Numbered from the stretch's first letter, positions 23,869 through 36,599 are shown. The stretch is 48,563 nucleotides of DNA from Octopus bimaculoides (GCF_001194135.2 NC_068982.1:106071902-106120464), one strand, 5' to 3'. Numbers and translations: made by a program. Notes: generated by a model not told the origin, from the sequence alone.

Positions 23869-24770
23869 TTCATATTTTTAAAATACATTGAAAAACAAAC
23901 AAATAGAAGAAACCGAAAAGCACGCGACAACAACATTCTATCACTTCCTGCTTCCACTACTTTCCCCATGGAAAGTATCAGAATTCATTTATACCGTTTA
24001 TTTTACATTTTCCTGTTGGCCGTCACTCGAAACCCTTATCGTTTACAGTGACTGAAAACTCAATGGGACAACTCCAGGACATAAATANNNNNNNNNNNNN
24101 NNNNNNNNNNNNNNNNNNNNNNNNNNNNNNNNNNNNNNNNNNNNNNNNNNNNNNNNNNNNNNNNNNNNNNNNNNNNNNNNNNNNNNNNNNNNNNNNNNNN
24201 NNNNNNNNNNNNNNNNNNNNNNNNNNNNNNNNNNNNNNNNNNNNNNNNNNNNNNNNNNNNNNNNNNNNNNNNNNNNNNNNNNNNNNNNNNNNNNNNNNNN
24301 NNNNNNNNNNNNNNNNNNNNNNNNNNNNNNNNNNNNNNNNNNNNNNNNNNNNNNNNNNNNNNNNNNNNNNNNNNNNNNNNNNNNNNNNNNNNNNNNNNNN
24401 NNNNNNNNNNNNNNNNNNNNNNNNNNNNNNNNNNNNNNNNNNNNNNNNNNNNNNNNNNNNNNNNNNNNNNNNNNNNNNNNNNNNNNNNNNNNNNNNNNNN
24501 NNNNNNNNNNNNNNNNNNNNNNNNNNNNNNNNNNNNNNNNNNNNNNNNNNNNNNNNNNNNNNNNNNNNNNNNNNNNNNNNNNNNNNNNNNNNNNNNNNNN
24601 NNNNNNNNNNNNNNNNNNNNNNNNNNNNNNNNNNNNNNNNNNNNNNNNNNNNNNNNNNNNNNNNNNNNNNNNNNNNNNNNNNNNNNNNNNNNNNNNNNNN
24701 NNNNNNNNNNNNNNNNNNNNNNNNNNNNNNNNNNNNNNNNNNNNNNCACATATATATATATATATATAAT

Positions 24771-24811
<41 letters not shown>

Positions 24812-25664
24812 ACAAATGAAATACAAAGACCATGGAAAGGCTTATACCATAAATGTCCATATATATATATAGACATTTATGACATAAGGCTTTTCATTTG
24901 GTTCTCTCTATTTCATTTCAATTCTTCTAGGTAATATTTTATCATTTCTTCGGCAAAAGTTTTTTCCAATTCCTTCTTCTTTTTCTATTTTTACACGACT
25001 CATTCAAGTCATGCTCTCTTCAGTGCACATTTTTTTTTACCTTTGTCTTAACTTATTTTTATTCTATCCGTCTTTTCTTTCTTTTCAGTCATTCTTCTCT
25101 CCTATATTTATCCTCCTCATACTTTAATATCTTCAAATTCATCTCTTTTTCATTCTACCATTTTTCCTTTACTCCGACAGCTCAGTATTTTCATACATAC
25201 TAAGTACATACACACAAGCACAGAGATATAAATACACGTACACACACACACACTCGCAGCAATTTATTGTATATCCACCATGAATTTAAAACAAGGAGTA
25301 ATTGCAACACACAACGCTCTCCACCATAAAATAAGGCTATAAAGAAAAACACAAATAAAAAACTGTTTCATACCGTATAGAATTTCCTACAGAAATAGGT
25401 GATTGAATCTGGAAGCAATATCAATACTGTCAGACAAGGCTACAATTGAGATACAGCACACACGTTTCCGATGACATAGAAGCCTAACACTCTAAGAGTC
25501 TAATTCTGACGGGAAAATATATATATATATTCTACTATTAAAACGGCGGTGCAAAAGTTGAAATCCACTCCACACCCTGAAGGTGAAGCCGAGGTAGCCT
25601 GGAGACGTTGAGAGAGCCACTGTGGTTGTACACTCTTTAAAAATGACGTGAATGATATGCTGTG

Positions 25665-25714
<50 letters not shown>

Positions 25715-26011
25715 TGCGTGTATGTCATTACTCAGTTTTATTTCAAGAGTTCAAACCAACAGAGAAGGAACCGGTTCCCAACCTAGATCCGAGGCTCCTC
25801 CACTGGAATTTCAACATCAGCAGGGTATTTTTGCATGTATGAATGTATATGTACAGTATCTGGAGTTAGTGCATGGACTCAGGAGTCAAGGGCTCACAGC
25901 TTTTCAATACCTTACTCAAACATCTCAGAGTTCTACGAGAAGTTGTTGTGAATGTATTCAAATTACATTTAGTCCAATTTTTATCAGAAATAGCAGATGA
26001 ATCTACTTCAG

Positions 26012-26064
26012 GAAAACGCAAATGAAGGTGACATTGTAGAAAACGCAAATGAAGGTGACATTGT
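26012..26064. repeat. Exact 26-bp direct repeat, period 27
   Basis: GAAAACGCAAATGAAGGTGACATTGT at 26012 and 26039. Confidence 0.95.
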
Positions 26065-27894
26065 TGAAGTTTCACACTCACGAAAGTCAAACACGGAGAG
26101 AGTGTCGAGGAAATGAAATGAAATGAGATAAACTACAACACAAAAATAATGTGCATTTACTTAGCTTATATCTTTTTGCTGTGTAATGGCTTTCTCCTCT
26201 CTTACTTCAAATGAACATTCTCTTTCAATTAGGTGACCATGTTGATTGTACAATATTTACAATAAAAATCAGAAGTTGCAAAGTTCATATTTACAAATGC
26301 ATGAGCAGCATAAGAGGAGCAGCCACAAATGAGAATCGAAACCGTATTGTAATCTGTAGAACTTATGTTTTCGAACGAGCTCATATAACATCTGTGCAGA
26401 AGCTTTTATAGCTGAAACAAGAAAGAAAATTTCGTTGATTTCTGATAAGATGCGAGGACCATAGATTTCATGGAAGAAAATTAGTAAGAGTGACTTTTAT
26501 ATAATTATTGTGGTAAATGAAGTGAATAGTGTATGACTGAGAACTGAAACCGTGTCACTGTCTCGACTTGCTGAAGGGTCGAGTAAATGAAGTATGCTTT
26601 AGATCATAATATGAATGAAATGCATCATCACGTAGCTCTATATGTATTTGCCTCACGTAAATACACCTGTGGACACACACATGTAGACACGTGCATTTGA
26701 GATTTTTGACTAAAAATATTTACATATGAATACGTTGGTTATGTATGTGTATATGCATGTATGTATGTATGCATGTATGTATGTATGCATGTATGTATGT
26801 GTTTATTTGCTTTCGGTGAATCCTTCAGTAAGCTGAAAATTTTCGTCAAGTTTGTTTTTCTCCCCCGTTACTTTCACAAAATAGTAAGAGGTCAAAGCGA
26901 TTTACGAATCACCCCCCGCCCATTTCATTCTAAAACAACTCACCAAGAGACTCAGGCTTTAATCCTAGGCTTAGCCAACGGATAAGCTCTCTGTGAACAG
27001 GGGTTAATCCGAGTTGACACTAGCAATGAGGATACATTGACACAGCACGCAGCTCCTGTCACCTTCTCAACGGTATATAACCTGTGTGTCTGTTTATCTC
27101 TTTCGATGTGTATCTGCGTGTGCGCGTATGTACGTGTGAGTATATCTGTCTGTGCATTTGTGAGTGTGCGTTTCTGTGTGTGTTTGTGTGTGCGTTTGTG
27201 TCTTCGCTTGCGAGTATTGTGCGTAAAGCTGTTGTATTTAATAACCGACCGCTGTTGACACGACCCTGCACACGTGGGGATCAAACACAGATCGGTTGAA
27301 TAGCATAAACAGGCGTGACGAGAATGCATAATCTTTACCTGCAGTGATTTCCAGGCTCAGTTCTCAGATACAAAATATCCGTATATAGCAGAACTACGCA
27401 CACAAAAACAACAGCAAAATCAAAAACAAACTAGATAGTCGACCATTTTACTTCAAATTATTTTACGTATTGATTGATAGTTGATGACATATTGATGAAT
27501 ATTTTTACTTATTTTATATTCAGTTTTATTTCTGTTTAAAGTAGGAAGTAGATTCTGTTTAATTCTCTGTCATACAGTCTTGCTATTTGCCACACGTTAC
27601 TAGAATATTGATGTTTGAAATGTGCTCATTGTGTTTGTTTAACACCACGGGGTGTGCAGAGATATGCCGAAGAACATAGACGTATCCGCCACGCATGAAA
27701 TAGCACTTACTATTAACTCCCTAGATACACCACTAACACATACATAGAAGATATATGAATATAAACGTGTTTTTGGAGACGTACGTATGTGTGCGAATGC
27801 TTGTGTATACATATAGAAAGTGTTTACAAATATGTATATATGTATGTATGCCTACATATATGCCTACATATATGCATATATGCGTAAGTACACA

Positions 27895-27903
27895 CACGTA
27901 TAC

Positions 27904-28002
<99 letters not shown>

Positions 28003-28095
28003 AGAGAGAGAGGGAAGAGAGAGAGGGAAGAGAGAGGGGAGAGCGAGGGGAAAGAGAGGGGAGAGAGAGGAGCGAGAGACAGAGAGAGAGAGAGT
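27895..28095. repeat. (TA)n followed by about 160-bp polypurine (GA)n/(GGGAAGAGAGAGA)n tract
   Basis: Direct reading. Confidence 0.95.
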
Positions 28096-28187
28096 ATACA
28101 CGTTTCTACACTTTAGATATATTTGTATGTGAAATTACATGTTTATATTACAGATATACACAGACACCTAAACACTCATGTATAAAC

Positions 28188-28226
<39 letters not shown>

Positions 28227-28819
28227 AATAAACATAAACACAAACACAAACAACACTTCAATACATATACATATGGGTGTGCTGCTACTGTACAACATGT
28301 ACAAAACATTATATATATATATATGTATATATATATATCGAGAGAGAGAGAAACAGAGAGAAAGTAATTGATAGATAGGTAGACAGATAGATATGTTTAC
28401 TCTCGCCTAGACACACACAGACATACGCACATGTGTGTGCGTGCCTGTGTATATATTTGTGTGTGTGAGCGCGCGTGTCTCTGTGCCAGTGTTCGTGTGT
28501 CTCTGTGTGTGTATTTTCTATAAATCTGTATAAACAGATCAAATCACACATATACTTCGTTTTGAATATATATCAATTTTCAATTTAAATATCATTATTC
28601 ATTTTATCGCTGTGAACAAATAGCCGCATGTAAACACCTCTACCTCACACATATGCACACATACGCGCACTCATGCACACATGCACACATGCACGCCATC
28701 AAACACTCATACAACTGAAAAACGTACGCAGTAGCATAGCAACAGTATATGAACATTTATAGAAACGTTGGAATACACGCATACATATTGTTGCAAATAT
28801 TACTTTGATATTCATGAAA

Positions 28820-29154
28820 AGACATGTATGTATGTATGCATGTATGTATGAATGCATGTATGTACGTATGCATGTAGGTATGAGTGTGTATGTATGTGCG
28901 TATGTGAGTGTGCATATGTATGCATGTATGTATGTGAGTATGTATGTATGTATGTATGTATGGATGGATATATGTATGTATTTATGTATGCATGCATGTA
29001 TGTGAGTGTGTATATGTATGTATGTATGTATCTATACATGTATGTATGTGTGTATGTGAGTTTGTATATGTATGCATTTATGAATGTAAGTGTGTATTTA
29101 TGAAAGTGAGTGTGTATACATATGTATGTATTATGTATGCATGTATGAATGAAT
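28820..29154. repeat. Degenerate (TATG)n tetranucleotide satellite
   Basis: Direct reading. Confidence 0.9.
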
Positions 29155-29843
29155 NNNNNNNNNNNNNNNNNNNNNNNNNNNNNNNNNNNNNNNNNNNNNN
29201 NNNNNNNNNNNNNNNNNNNNNNNNNNNNNNNNNNNNNNNNNNNNNNNNNNNNNNNNNNNNNNNNNNNNNNNNNNNNNNNNNNNNNNNNNNNNNNNNNNNN
29301 NNNNNNNNNNNNNNNNNNNNNNNNNNNNNNNNNNNNNNNNNNNNNNNNNNNNNNNNNNNNNNNNNNNNNNNNNNNNNNNNNNNNNNNNNNNNNNNNNNNN
29401 NNNNNNNNNNNNNNNNNNNNNNNNNNNNNNNNNNNNNNNNNNNNNNNNNNNNNNNNNNNNNNNNNNNNNNNNNNNNNNNNNNNNNNNNNNNNNNNNNNNN
29501 NNNNNNNNNNNNNNNNNNNNNNNNNNNNNNNNNNNNNNNNNNNNNNNNNNNNNNNNNNNNNNNNNNNNNNNNNNNNNNNNNNNNNNNNNNNNNNNNNNNN
29601 NNNNNNNNNNNNNNNNNNNNNNNNNNNNNNNNNNNNNNNNNNNNNNNNNNNNNNNNNNNNNNNNNNNNNNNNNNNNNNNNNNNNNNNNNNNNNNNNNNNN
29701 NNNNNNNNNNNNNNNNNNNNNNNNNNNNNNNNNNNNNNNNNNNNNNNNNNNNNNNNNNNNNNNNNNNNNNNNNNNNNNNNNNNNNNNNNNNNNNNNNNNN
29801 NNNNNNNNNNNNNNNNNNNNNNNNNNNNNNNNNNNNNNNNNNN

Positions 29844-29875
<32 letters not shown>

Positions 29876-30109
29876 TGTATTAAATCGGGTCATAACAGTG
29901 TTTCTTGATGCAGGCTAAATTCGAAGAAATACAACCAGATCTGTCGTAAACCGGAAGTAAATTAAAGAGATTCGAATTTACCCGAGTTATACACACTCTC
30001 GACAATAAAGACGTGAACTACGAGGTGTTAAAATGCATAGAATAACCGGTACAGAGTACAATTAGGAAGTACTGATTCAGATGGTGTTCAAGCTATTAAT
30101 ATAGATATA

Positions 30110-30335
30110 TACTCTTTTATTCTTTTTTCTTTTATTTGTTTCAATCTTTTGACTGCAGCAATGCTAGAGCACCGCTTTTAGTCGAGCAAATCCACCCCAG
30201 GACTTATTCTTTGTAAGCCTGGTACGTATTCAGTCGGTCCCTTTTACCGAATCGCTAGTTTACGGTCACGTAAACACACCAACATAGGTTGTCAAGTGAT
30301 GGTGGGGGACAAACACAGATACACAAATACATACA
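30110..30335 (-). mobile_element. SINE family A, 3' half
   Basis: GACTGCAGCAATGCTAGAGCACCGC..GGACTTATTCTTTGTAAGCC..GGGGGACAAACACAG. Confidence 0.9.
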
Positions 30336-30673
30336 GAAATATCCACACCAAATTAATGGCAGGGATTTTTACTATGTTGTTGGTTGCACCATGGCTCACC
30401 AAAAGTTACAAACAACAAGACCCCAAAACCATCAGTTACCAGTCTCACCTTAAATAACCTAATTTTGCAATAAAAAATGACTATTATTGCACCTTCAATT
30501 TTATGTAAATATTTGGTTTTTCCTAAATTGAAACCATTTTATAAACCAAAAAAAAACATTTTTAATTTCCAAATTTAAGAAAATGTTCTTGTTAATTTTA
30601 TTTTATTTATGAATTTTGTTCCTAAATAATGATTAATCAATCATACGATCTACGTCTCAAATTTAATTTTTAG

Positions 30674-31066
30674 TTACAATTCCAGTGAATTTTGTTTTTT
30701 AATTCTTTGCATTTTTTCCATAAATAAAACATTGTCAGGCAACTTGGGAGGAAATTTAGTATGTCTTTTTGTAATGATGTCACTGATTTCAAATATCATC
30801 TCCAGTTTTAATCAGTGTGGTATAATGGCTTGCTGTAGATTTTGGTCCTCTATGAATAACAGCAGCTTTTGGCCAAATATTTGCTGCCTATATCACATTT
30901 GATTCTTTCTTCCATATTAATATTTTGATTAATTAAAAAATCTATTAATTTGAATAACAAGATATTTAAATTCAGGAGGAAATTCAATTCTGGAAGTAAT
31001 TTCATGTTCATTATTGAGCGAATGTTTCACAATACTTTGTAAATGAATATGTTGTGGTTTTAGTAA
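30674..31066 (-). pseudogene. Intronless decayed ubiquitin-specific protease (peptidase C19/USP) C-terminal fragment
   Basis: With frameshifts: KYCET..NNEHEITSRIEFPPEFKYLVIQINRFF/NQNINMEERIKCDIGSKYL/AAVIHRGPKSTASHYTTLIKTGDDI/EISDIITKRHTKFPPKLPDNVLFMEK..*. Matches the USP LxIQLKRF, YxLxAVIxHxG...GHY, W..xSD and LFxE boxes. Confidence 0.7.
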
Positions 31067-31083
31067 TCTGTCTATCTATCTAG

Positions 31084-31171
<88 letters not shown>

Positions 31172-31208
31172 TTCTCTCTCTCTCTATACACACACACACA
31201 CACACACA

Positions 31209-31247
<39 letters not shown>
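31067..31247. repeat. (TCTA)n-(TCTG)n-(TC)n-(CA)n-(TA)n compound microsatellite
   Basis: Direct reading. Confidence 0.95.
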
Positions 31248-31249
<2 letters not shown>

Positions 31250-31329
31250 TGGAAAAATGCGAGCATGAAAAGTAATATTCTTAAGATTATAAACTTGGAA
31301 AAGTACTAATCGTGCGTGTGGTTAATATA

Positions 31330-31530
31330 GAAATGTACCATAATGTTGTTATGTATCCTCAGATCAACCCTCATACCGCCATCCTATCATCAAAGACCTT
31401 GCAGCCTTCAGCAAACCGTCTTTTTAGGGATAATGTAGGACATTACATACAATGGGCGTCTGATTTAAGTAGGGGATACTTTGGCTGCAATTTTTAGCGT
31501 GTCGAACGACCAGGTAGAGGGTCTTTCATT
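31330..31530 (+). repeat. Repeat family D copy (degenerate)
   Basis: GATACTTTGGCTGCAATTTTTAGCGTGTCGAACGACCAGGTAGAGG resembles the 6000 and 18000 core. Confidence 0.45.
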
Positions 31531-31570
31531 GGTTCGATTACGTAATGAGATTTTTTTACACATATATGTA

Positions 31571-31608
<38 letters not shown>

Positions 31609-31711
31609 TTGGCAGAAGTTAGAGAGTAAGTCAAAAGCTGAGAGTTTCGTGCATTCGCACTTATCAAACACGAATTTGTCCATTGTCACTCTGTAACTTC
31701 TGACGAAATAG

Positions 31712-32042
31712 CTTCTAAAATACAAAATTTTGTCCAATACGTTAAGAGTAAACCCTGTTCCATGTGACACATTCTACCAGTATCGGAAGTTTGAAAATGT
31801 TTAGTTAAAAAAAAAAATTAATCAAATAATCTGTATATGTAATTGAATAGATCCGATATGGCAAAGGCAAAGTCAACCTGGACGGAATTTGAACTCAGAA
31901 CGTAAAGACAGACAATATACCTCTTCTAAAATACGAAATTTTTTCAAAAACGTTAAAAATAAACCCTGTTCGATGTGACACATTGTACCAGTATCGGAAA
32001 TTTGAAAGTGTTTAGTTAAAAAGATTAATGAAATAATCTGTA
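31712..32042. repeat. Local duplication of about 124 bp (period 211) interleaved with SINE B fragments
   Basis: CTTCTAAAATAC..CCCTGTTC.ATGTGACACATT.TACCAGTATCGGAA..ATAATCTGTA at 31712-31835 and 31923-32042. Confidence 0.9.
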
Positions 32043-32045
32043 CGT

Positions 32046-32150
32046 CACAGTCGACCTCGGCGAAATTTGAACTTAAAAGCTTAATGACAGACAAAATACA
32101 GAAAAGGATCTCGCCCGGTGCGCTAACCTTTCGGCCAACTTAACGCCTTA
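32046..32150 (-). mobile_element. SINE family B, 5' half
   Basis: GTCGACCTCGGCGAAATTTGAACT..CGCCCGGTGCGCTAAC..CCAACTTAACGCC. Confidence 0.8.
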
Positions 32151-32319
32151 GAAACTAAGTATTGATTTTAGAATTATATTCTTTATTCTTATAACTGAAG
32201 CGTTACTCCCTTACTCTCTTACTTACTGACAAGAAATTTCGTAACATTTTACCTCATAACTCTTTTTCTACTAAATTTTGTTCAATGCAACTAGTGATTC
32301 TGAATTCCTTATGCGTTTT

Positions 32320-33575
32320 TTCTATCATTACTGCCTCTCTAAAGGCTTCCCACTCCTCCTCCACATCTCCTACCTTCCATTTCTTAACCTGTTCATATTC
32401 ACCTCTTAATTTCTCTACATACTCCTGCCCCTTCTCTTTCCTACCCAGTTCACTCGTCTTCACAACCTCTCTCCTCCCTGTCACTCGTCTGGCATTCCAT
32501 TTTTGAGCATACATTCAACTTACCCTGTACTAAGAAGCGATCTGACACTACCCCACCTTCACCTCACATTCACCAACCTTCCTATCACTCTCTTATCACT
32601 TAATACATAATCCATCAAGGCTCTAACCACTATTGTTCCTACCTCCACCATGTGAATTTGGTTTTCTCCCACTTTTTAAAAAGACTGTTCCCCACCACCA
32701 ACTCCTGCTCCATACACATTTCCAACAACTTCCCTCCACTCACATTCCAGTCAGGAACTCCATATTTACCTACTGCATTTTTTACTTCCCCACTCGAGCA
32801 TTCAAATCACCCGACACCACCACCATATAACCACTTTTGCCAACCCTATCCATACACTCTGTCAGTTCTCTACAGTACTCCTCCACTTCTTCCTCACTCC
32901 TTTCACTCCCTGAACTATATGCACTAAAAATCACCCACATCTCTCCTCCCCACCTCATCTTAACCCACATTAACCTTGAAGACACTTCCCTCCACTCCAC
33001 TCCACTCCACTCCACTCTCCTGCACACCTTCACTCACCAGCAATGCCACTCCCTCACGCGCCCTCCTTCTCCCCCTCGTCCAGTCACATCACCAAACTGG
33101 TACTCTCCCTTACCTTTCATCTTTCGTTCAGTGCAAACACATCCATTCTTCTCATCATCTCTATCTCTCTCCTCTTTACCTCACTTGTACTTCATTCACG
33201 CACATTCCATGACCCTAGTACTAGGGTGAGATTTGGTGCTAAACGTCTTCCACCTCCTTGTCGTTTTCTTGTTGTCTTTTTAGGAAACAGAATGACTAGG
33301 AGGAGTGGATTTCCTAGTCCTTTCGTTCCCACCCCTTTTAGTCGCTTCTCACACTACGCAGGGAATCCGGCGACTGCATTCTACCGGTCCCCCACCTCAA
33401 GTTGCAGTGGGGTGGGTTTGCTAGTTAACCCATAGCTGGGACTCTTACAAGTACTACCATTCTGTAGAGTAGACTTAGGAATTATAGTGGCTAACAGGTG
33501 GTTCCACATTCCTCAAACCCTGAAGCCAAGGCCCTAGGGTTCCACTACCGGATGTAGTTTAGAGTCATACCCAAG
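32320..33575 (-). mobile_element. RTE-clade LINE 5' portion: 5' region plus decayed AP endonuclease; RT absent
   Basis: AREGVALLV..WREVSSRLMWVKM..IFSAYSSGSERSEEE..SGDLNARVGK..SDRFLV..YVEKL..VEEEWEAFREAV; GC-richer non-coding 5' block at 33230-33575. Confidence 0.85.
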
Positions 33576-33659
33576 AGTTATAATATGATGATATATACTA
33601 AATATTATAGGGATTACAAGAAATATTCATATATGCATATAGTTATTCAAAAAGATATA

Positions 33660-34030
33660 TAATTATATATAATAAGTATTCTAATCTGTTTATTCGTACA
33701 AATATAAACATTATTCTTAGTAAAAAACACAAATTTACTTAGTCTATCAGAGGCAAATACCACCGTAAATCAATATTTATATATTTATACATTCATTGCT
33801 TACGGAAAAATAACCGAAAATACGTACTTACAATAGAACTGTTTTTAATCACGATAGGGCCTTTTATAAAATTATTCATATATTATCGTTATCAAATTGA
33901 ATTTATATACGTATAATCATTTTATATAAAGATGATAGCATATTTAAAACAAATCTTAAATTTAACTACGAATATAGTGATATAGTTTACACTTAAGACA
34001 AATATATTTTATGATACTTAATACTAAATT
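33660..34030 (+). mobile_element. Possible very decayed Penelope-like RT thumb region
   Basis: AT-rich; partial motifs YQRQIPP..IYIFIHS..LSLSN..LYKDD..FKTNLKFNY loosely echo PLE RT C-termini. Confidence 0.25.
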
Positions 34031-34056
34031 TATAAATTAATCCACTGAAATAATAT

Positions 34057-34159
34057 CTTCTACTCTAGGCACAAGGCTCGAAATTTTGCGGAGGAGGCCA
34101 GTCGATTAGATCGACCCCAGTACGCAACTGGTACTTAATTTATTGACCCCGAACGGATG
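34057..34159 (-). mobile_element. 5'-truncated SINE family B with TSD
   Basis: Tail CTACTCTAGGCACAAGG..CCCGAACGGATG flanked by AATCCACTGAAATA at 34039-34052 and 34160-34173 (exact 14 bp). Confidence 0.92.
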
Positions 34160-34319
34160 AATCCACTGAAATAGTATAAATATCCTCATTAATATGCTAG
34201 TTCAAAGCTACAAACCATTCAGTTTAAATAAAAATAAACTCACAAATCGTTCAGTATGATAACAAAATTTCGCCTCAAATACAATTACGTTAAATGATGT
34301 CATTATAAAGTTTGGGAAT

Positions 34320-34647
34320 ATATCGCAATACACCTGCACACATATATACATAAATACATATATATACATACATACACATATATATACATATATATATACA
34401 CATATCTAAATACACTTAGACATACACACACACATATATACACATATACATATATATATATATATATACACACATACATACATATATACACACATGCACT
34501 CATACACATACATATATATAAATATATGCATACATATACACATGCATACATCTACAGATATAAGCATATATATATACATGCACATACAGCCACACACACA
34601 TATATACATGTATGTGTGTGTATGTATATATATATATATATATATAT
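34320..34647. repeat. (TA)/(CA)/(TACA) compound microsatellite
   Basis: Direct reading. Confidence 0.9.
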
Positions 34648-35567
34648 NNNNNNNNNNNNNNNNNNNNNNNNNNNNNNNNNNNNNNNNNNNNNNNNNNNNN
34701 NNNNNNNNNNNNNNNNNNNNNNNNNNNNNNNNNNNNNNNNNNNNNNNNNNNNNNNNNNNNNNNNNNNNNNNNNNNNNNNNNNNNNNNNNNNNNNNNNNNN
34801 NNNNNNNNNNNNNNNNNNNNNNNNNNNNNNNNNNNNNNNNNNNNNNNNNNNNNNNNNNNNNNNNNNNNNNNNNNNNNNNNNNNNNNNNNNNNNNNNNNNN
34901 NNNNNNNNNNNNNNNNNNNNNNNNNNNNNNNNNNNNNNNNNNNNNNNNNNNNNNNNNNNNNNNNNNNNNNNNNNNNNNNNNNNNNNNNNNNNNNNNNNNN
35001 NNNNNNNNNNNNNNNNNNNNNNNNNNNNNNNNNNNNNNNNNNNNNNNNNNNNNNNNNNNNNNNNNNNNNNNNNNNNNNNNNNNNNNNNNNNNNNNNNNNN
35101 NNNNNNNNNNNNNNNNNNNNNNNNNNNNNNNNNNNNNNNNNNNNNNNNNNNNNNNNNNNNNNNNNNNNNNNNNNNNNNNNNNNNNNNNNNNNNNNNNNNN
35201 NNNNNNNNNNNNNNNNNNNNNNNNNNNNNNNNNNNNNNNNNNNNNNNNNNNNNNNNNNNNNNNNNNNNNNNNNNNNNNNNNNNNNNNNNNNNNNNNNNNN
35301 NNNNNNNNNNNNNNNNNNNNNNNNNNNNNNNNNNNNNNNNNNNNNNNNNNNNNNNNNNNNNNNNNNNNNNNNNNNNNNNNNNNNNNNNNNNNNNNNNNNN
35401 NNNNNNNNNNNNNNNNNNNNNNNNNNNNNNNNNNNNNNNNNNNNNNNNNNNNNNNNNNNNNNNNNNNNNNNNNNNNNNNNNNNNNNNNNNNNNNNNNNNN
35501 NNNNNNNNNNNNNNNNNNNNNNNNNNNNNNNNNNNNNNNNNNNNNNNNNNNNNNNNATATGTATATA

Positions 35568-35614
<47 letters not shown>

Positions 35615-35692
35615 GTATATATATATGTATATATATATATAAACATATATATGTATGTATGTATGTATGTATTTATGTTTATGTGTGCCTGT

Positions 35693-35841
35693 GCTTACAT
35701 CCCCGTGGCCTAGCGGTTCAGTAAAATAAACCGATAGAATAGGTACTAGGCTTAGAAAGAATAAGTCCTGGGGTTAATTTCTTTGACTAAAGGTGGTGCT
35801 CCAGCATGCCCACAGTCAAATGACTGAAACATCTAAAAGAA
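35693..35841 (+). mobile_element. SINE family A, 3' fragment
   Basis: CCCCGTGGCCTAGCGGTTC..GTACTAGGCTT..GGTGCTCCAGCATG..GTCAAATGACTGAAAC. Confidence 0.88.
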
Positions 35842-35920
35842 TCCATATATTGTATATGTATATACATGTGTATATTTAATAAAAATTTTTTTATTAAATA
35901 TGATCTTTGAAATAATAGCC

Positions 35921-36598
35921 TTAATAAAATTTTCTAAACACATATTTAGAAGAGTGTTTACAAGATAAAACATGCTCATGTCTGTCATTAAGAAGTTTCT
36001 ATTTTGATGTTAAAATTTGAAATTTGATATATTTCATCCACACTAAAGTTACATCTATTATTAACAATTTTATAAGGTTCAGCATGACTAAGTATTTGCC
36101 ATTCAATGTAGTTTAATTTCATACTATCCTTTAACTTCCATATAAACTTATTTAGACTGGTATTTTTCAACCTATTCCTTTTCCTATGGTTTGCAATTCG
36201 TTTTTGATAAAAATTTTCAGTTGGCCCAATGTAAAAATAATTTTCCCCTTCAGATTCAACTCTACATCTATATACAAGGTTATTTTCTATACAAGAATTA
36301 TTGAAATAACATTTATTTTGAATCTACAATCACAAGTTCTAACGACATAATTATCAGTCATAGAATTATTATTATTTCTATTATTATAAAAAATGTCCTT
36401 TTTTTTTTTGTTATTAATTCTAGATACTGGAAAATTTTTAGATACTGGAAAATCACTTCTGATCATTTTATAAATTATCTTATTATATTTATTTTCTTTA
36501 TTAAAATGCTTAGATATGGATCTAAACAGCTTATGAAAATTAGTTTTTATTTGTCTTGCATAAGGAATAATAAACCAAATATTATTATCATTTTATTA
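35921..36598 (-). mobile_element. Penelope-like element 3' end: linker plus C-terminal GIY-YIG endonuclease (Hydra-clade-like by motif recall)
   Basis: NIWFIIPY..IKTNFHKLF..KHFNKENKYNKI..TCDCRFK/NSCIENNLVYRCRVESEGENYFYIGPTENFYQKRIANH..TSLNKFIWKLKD..EWQIL..EPY..RCNF..E/LLNDRHEHVLSCKH..* (35921-35923). Confidence 0.88.
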
Positions 36599-36599
36599 T

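Noticed and set aside
26012-26064. Direct repeats as a CRISPR array
   Set aside because: Only two adjacent copies with a 1-nt spacer, in eukaryotic context with no cas genes.
29951-29958. ETS motif CCGGAAGT as a promoter
   Set aside because: A single 8-mer with no CpG island or other promoter evidence.
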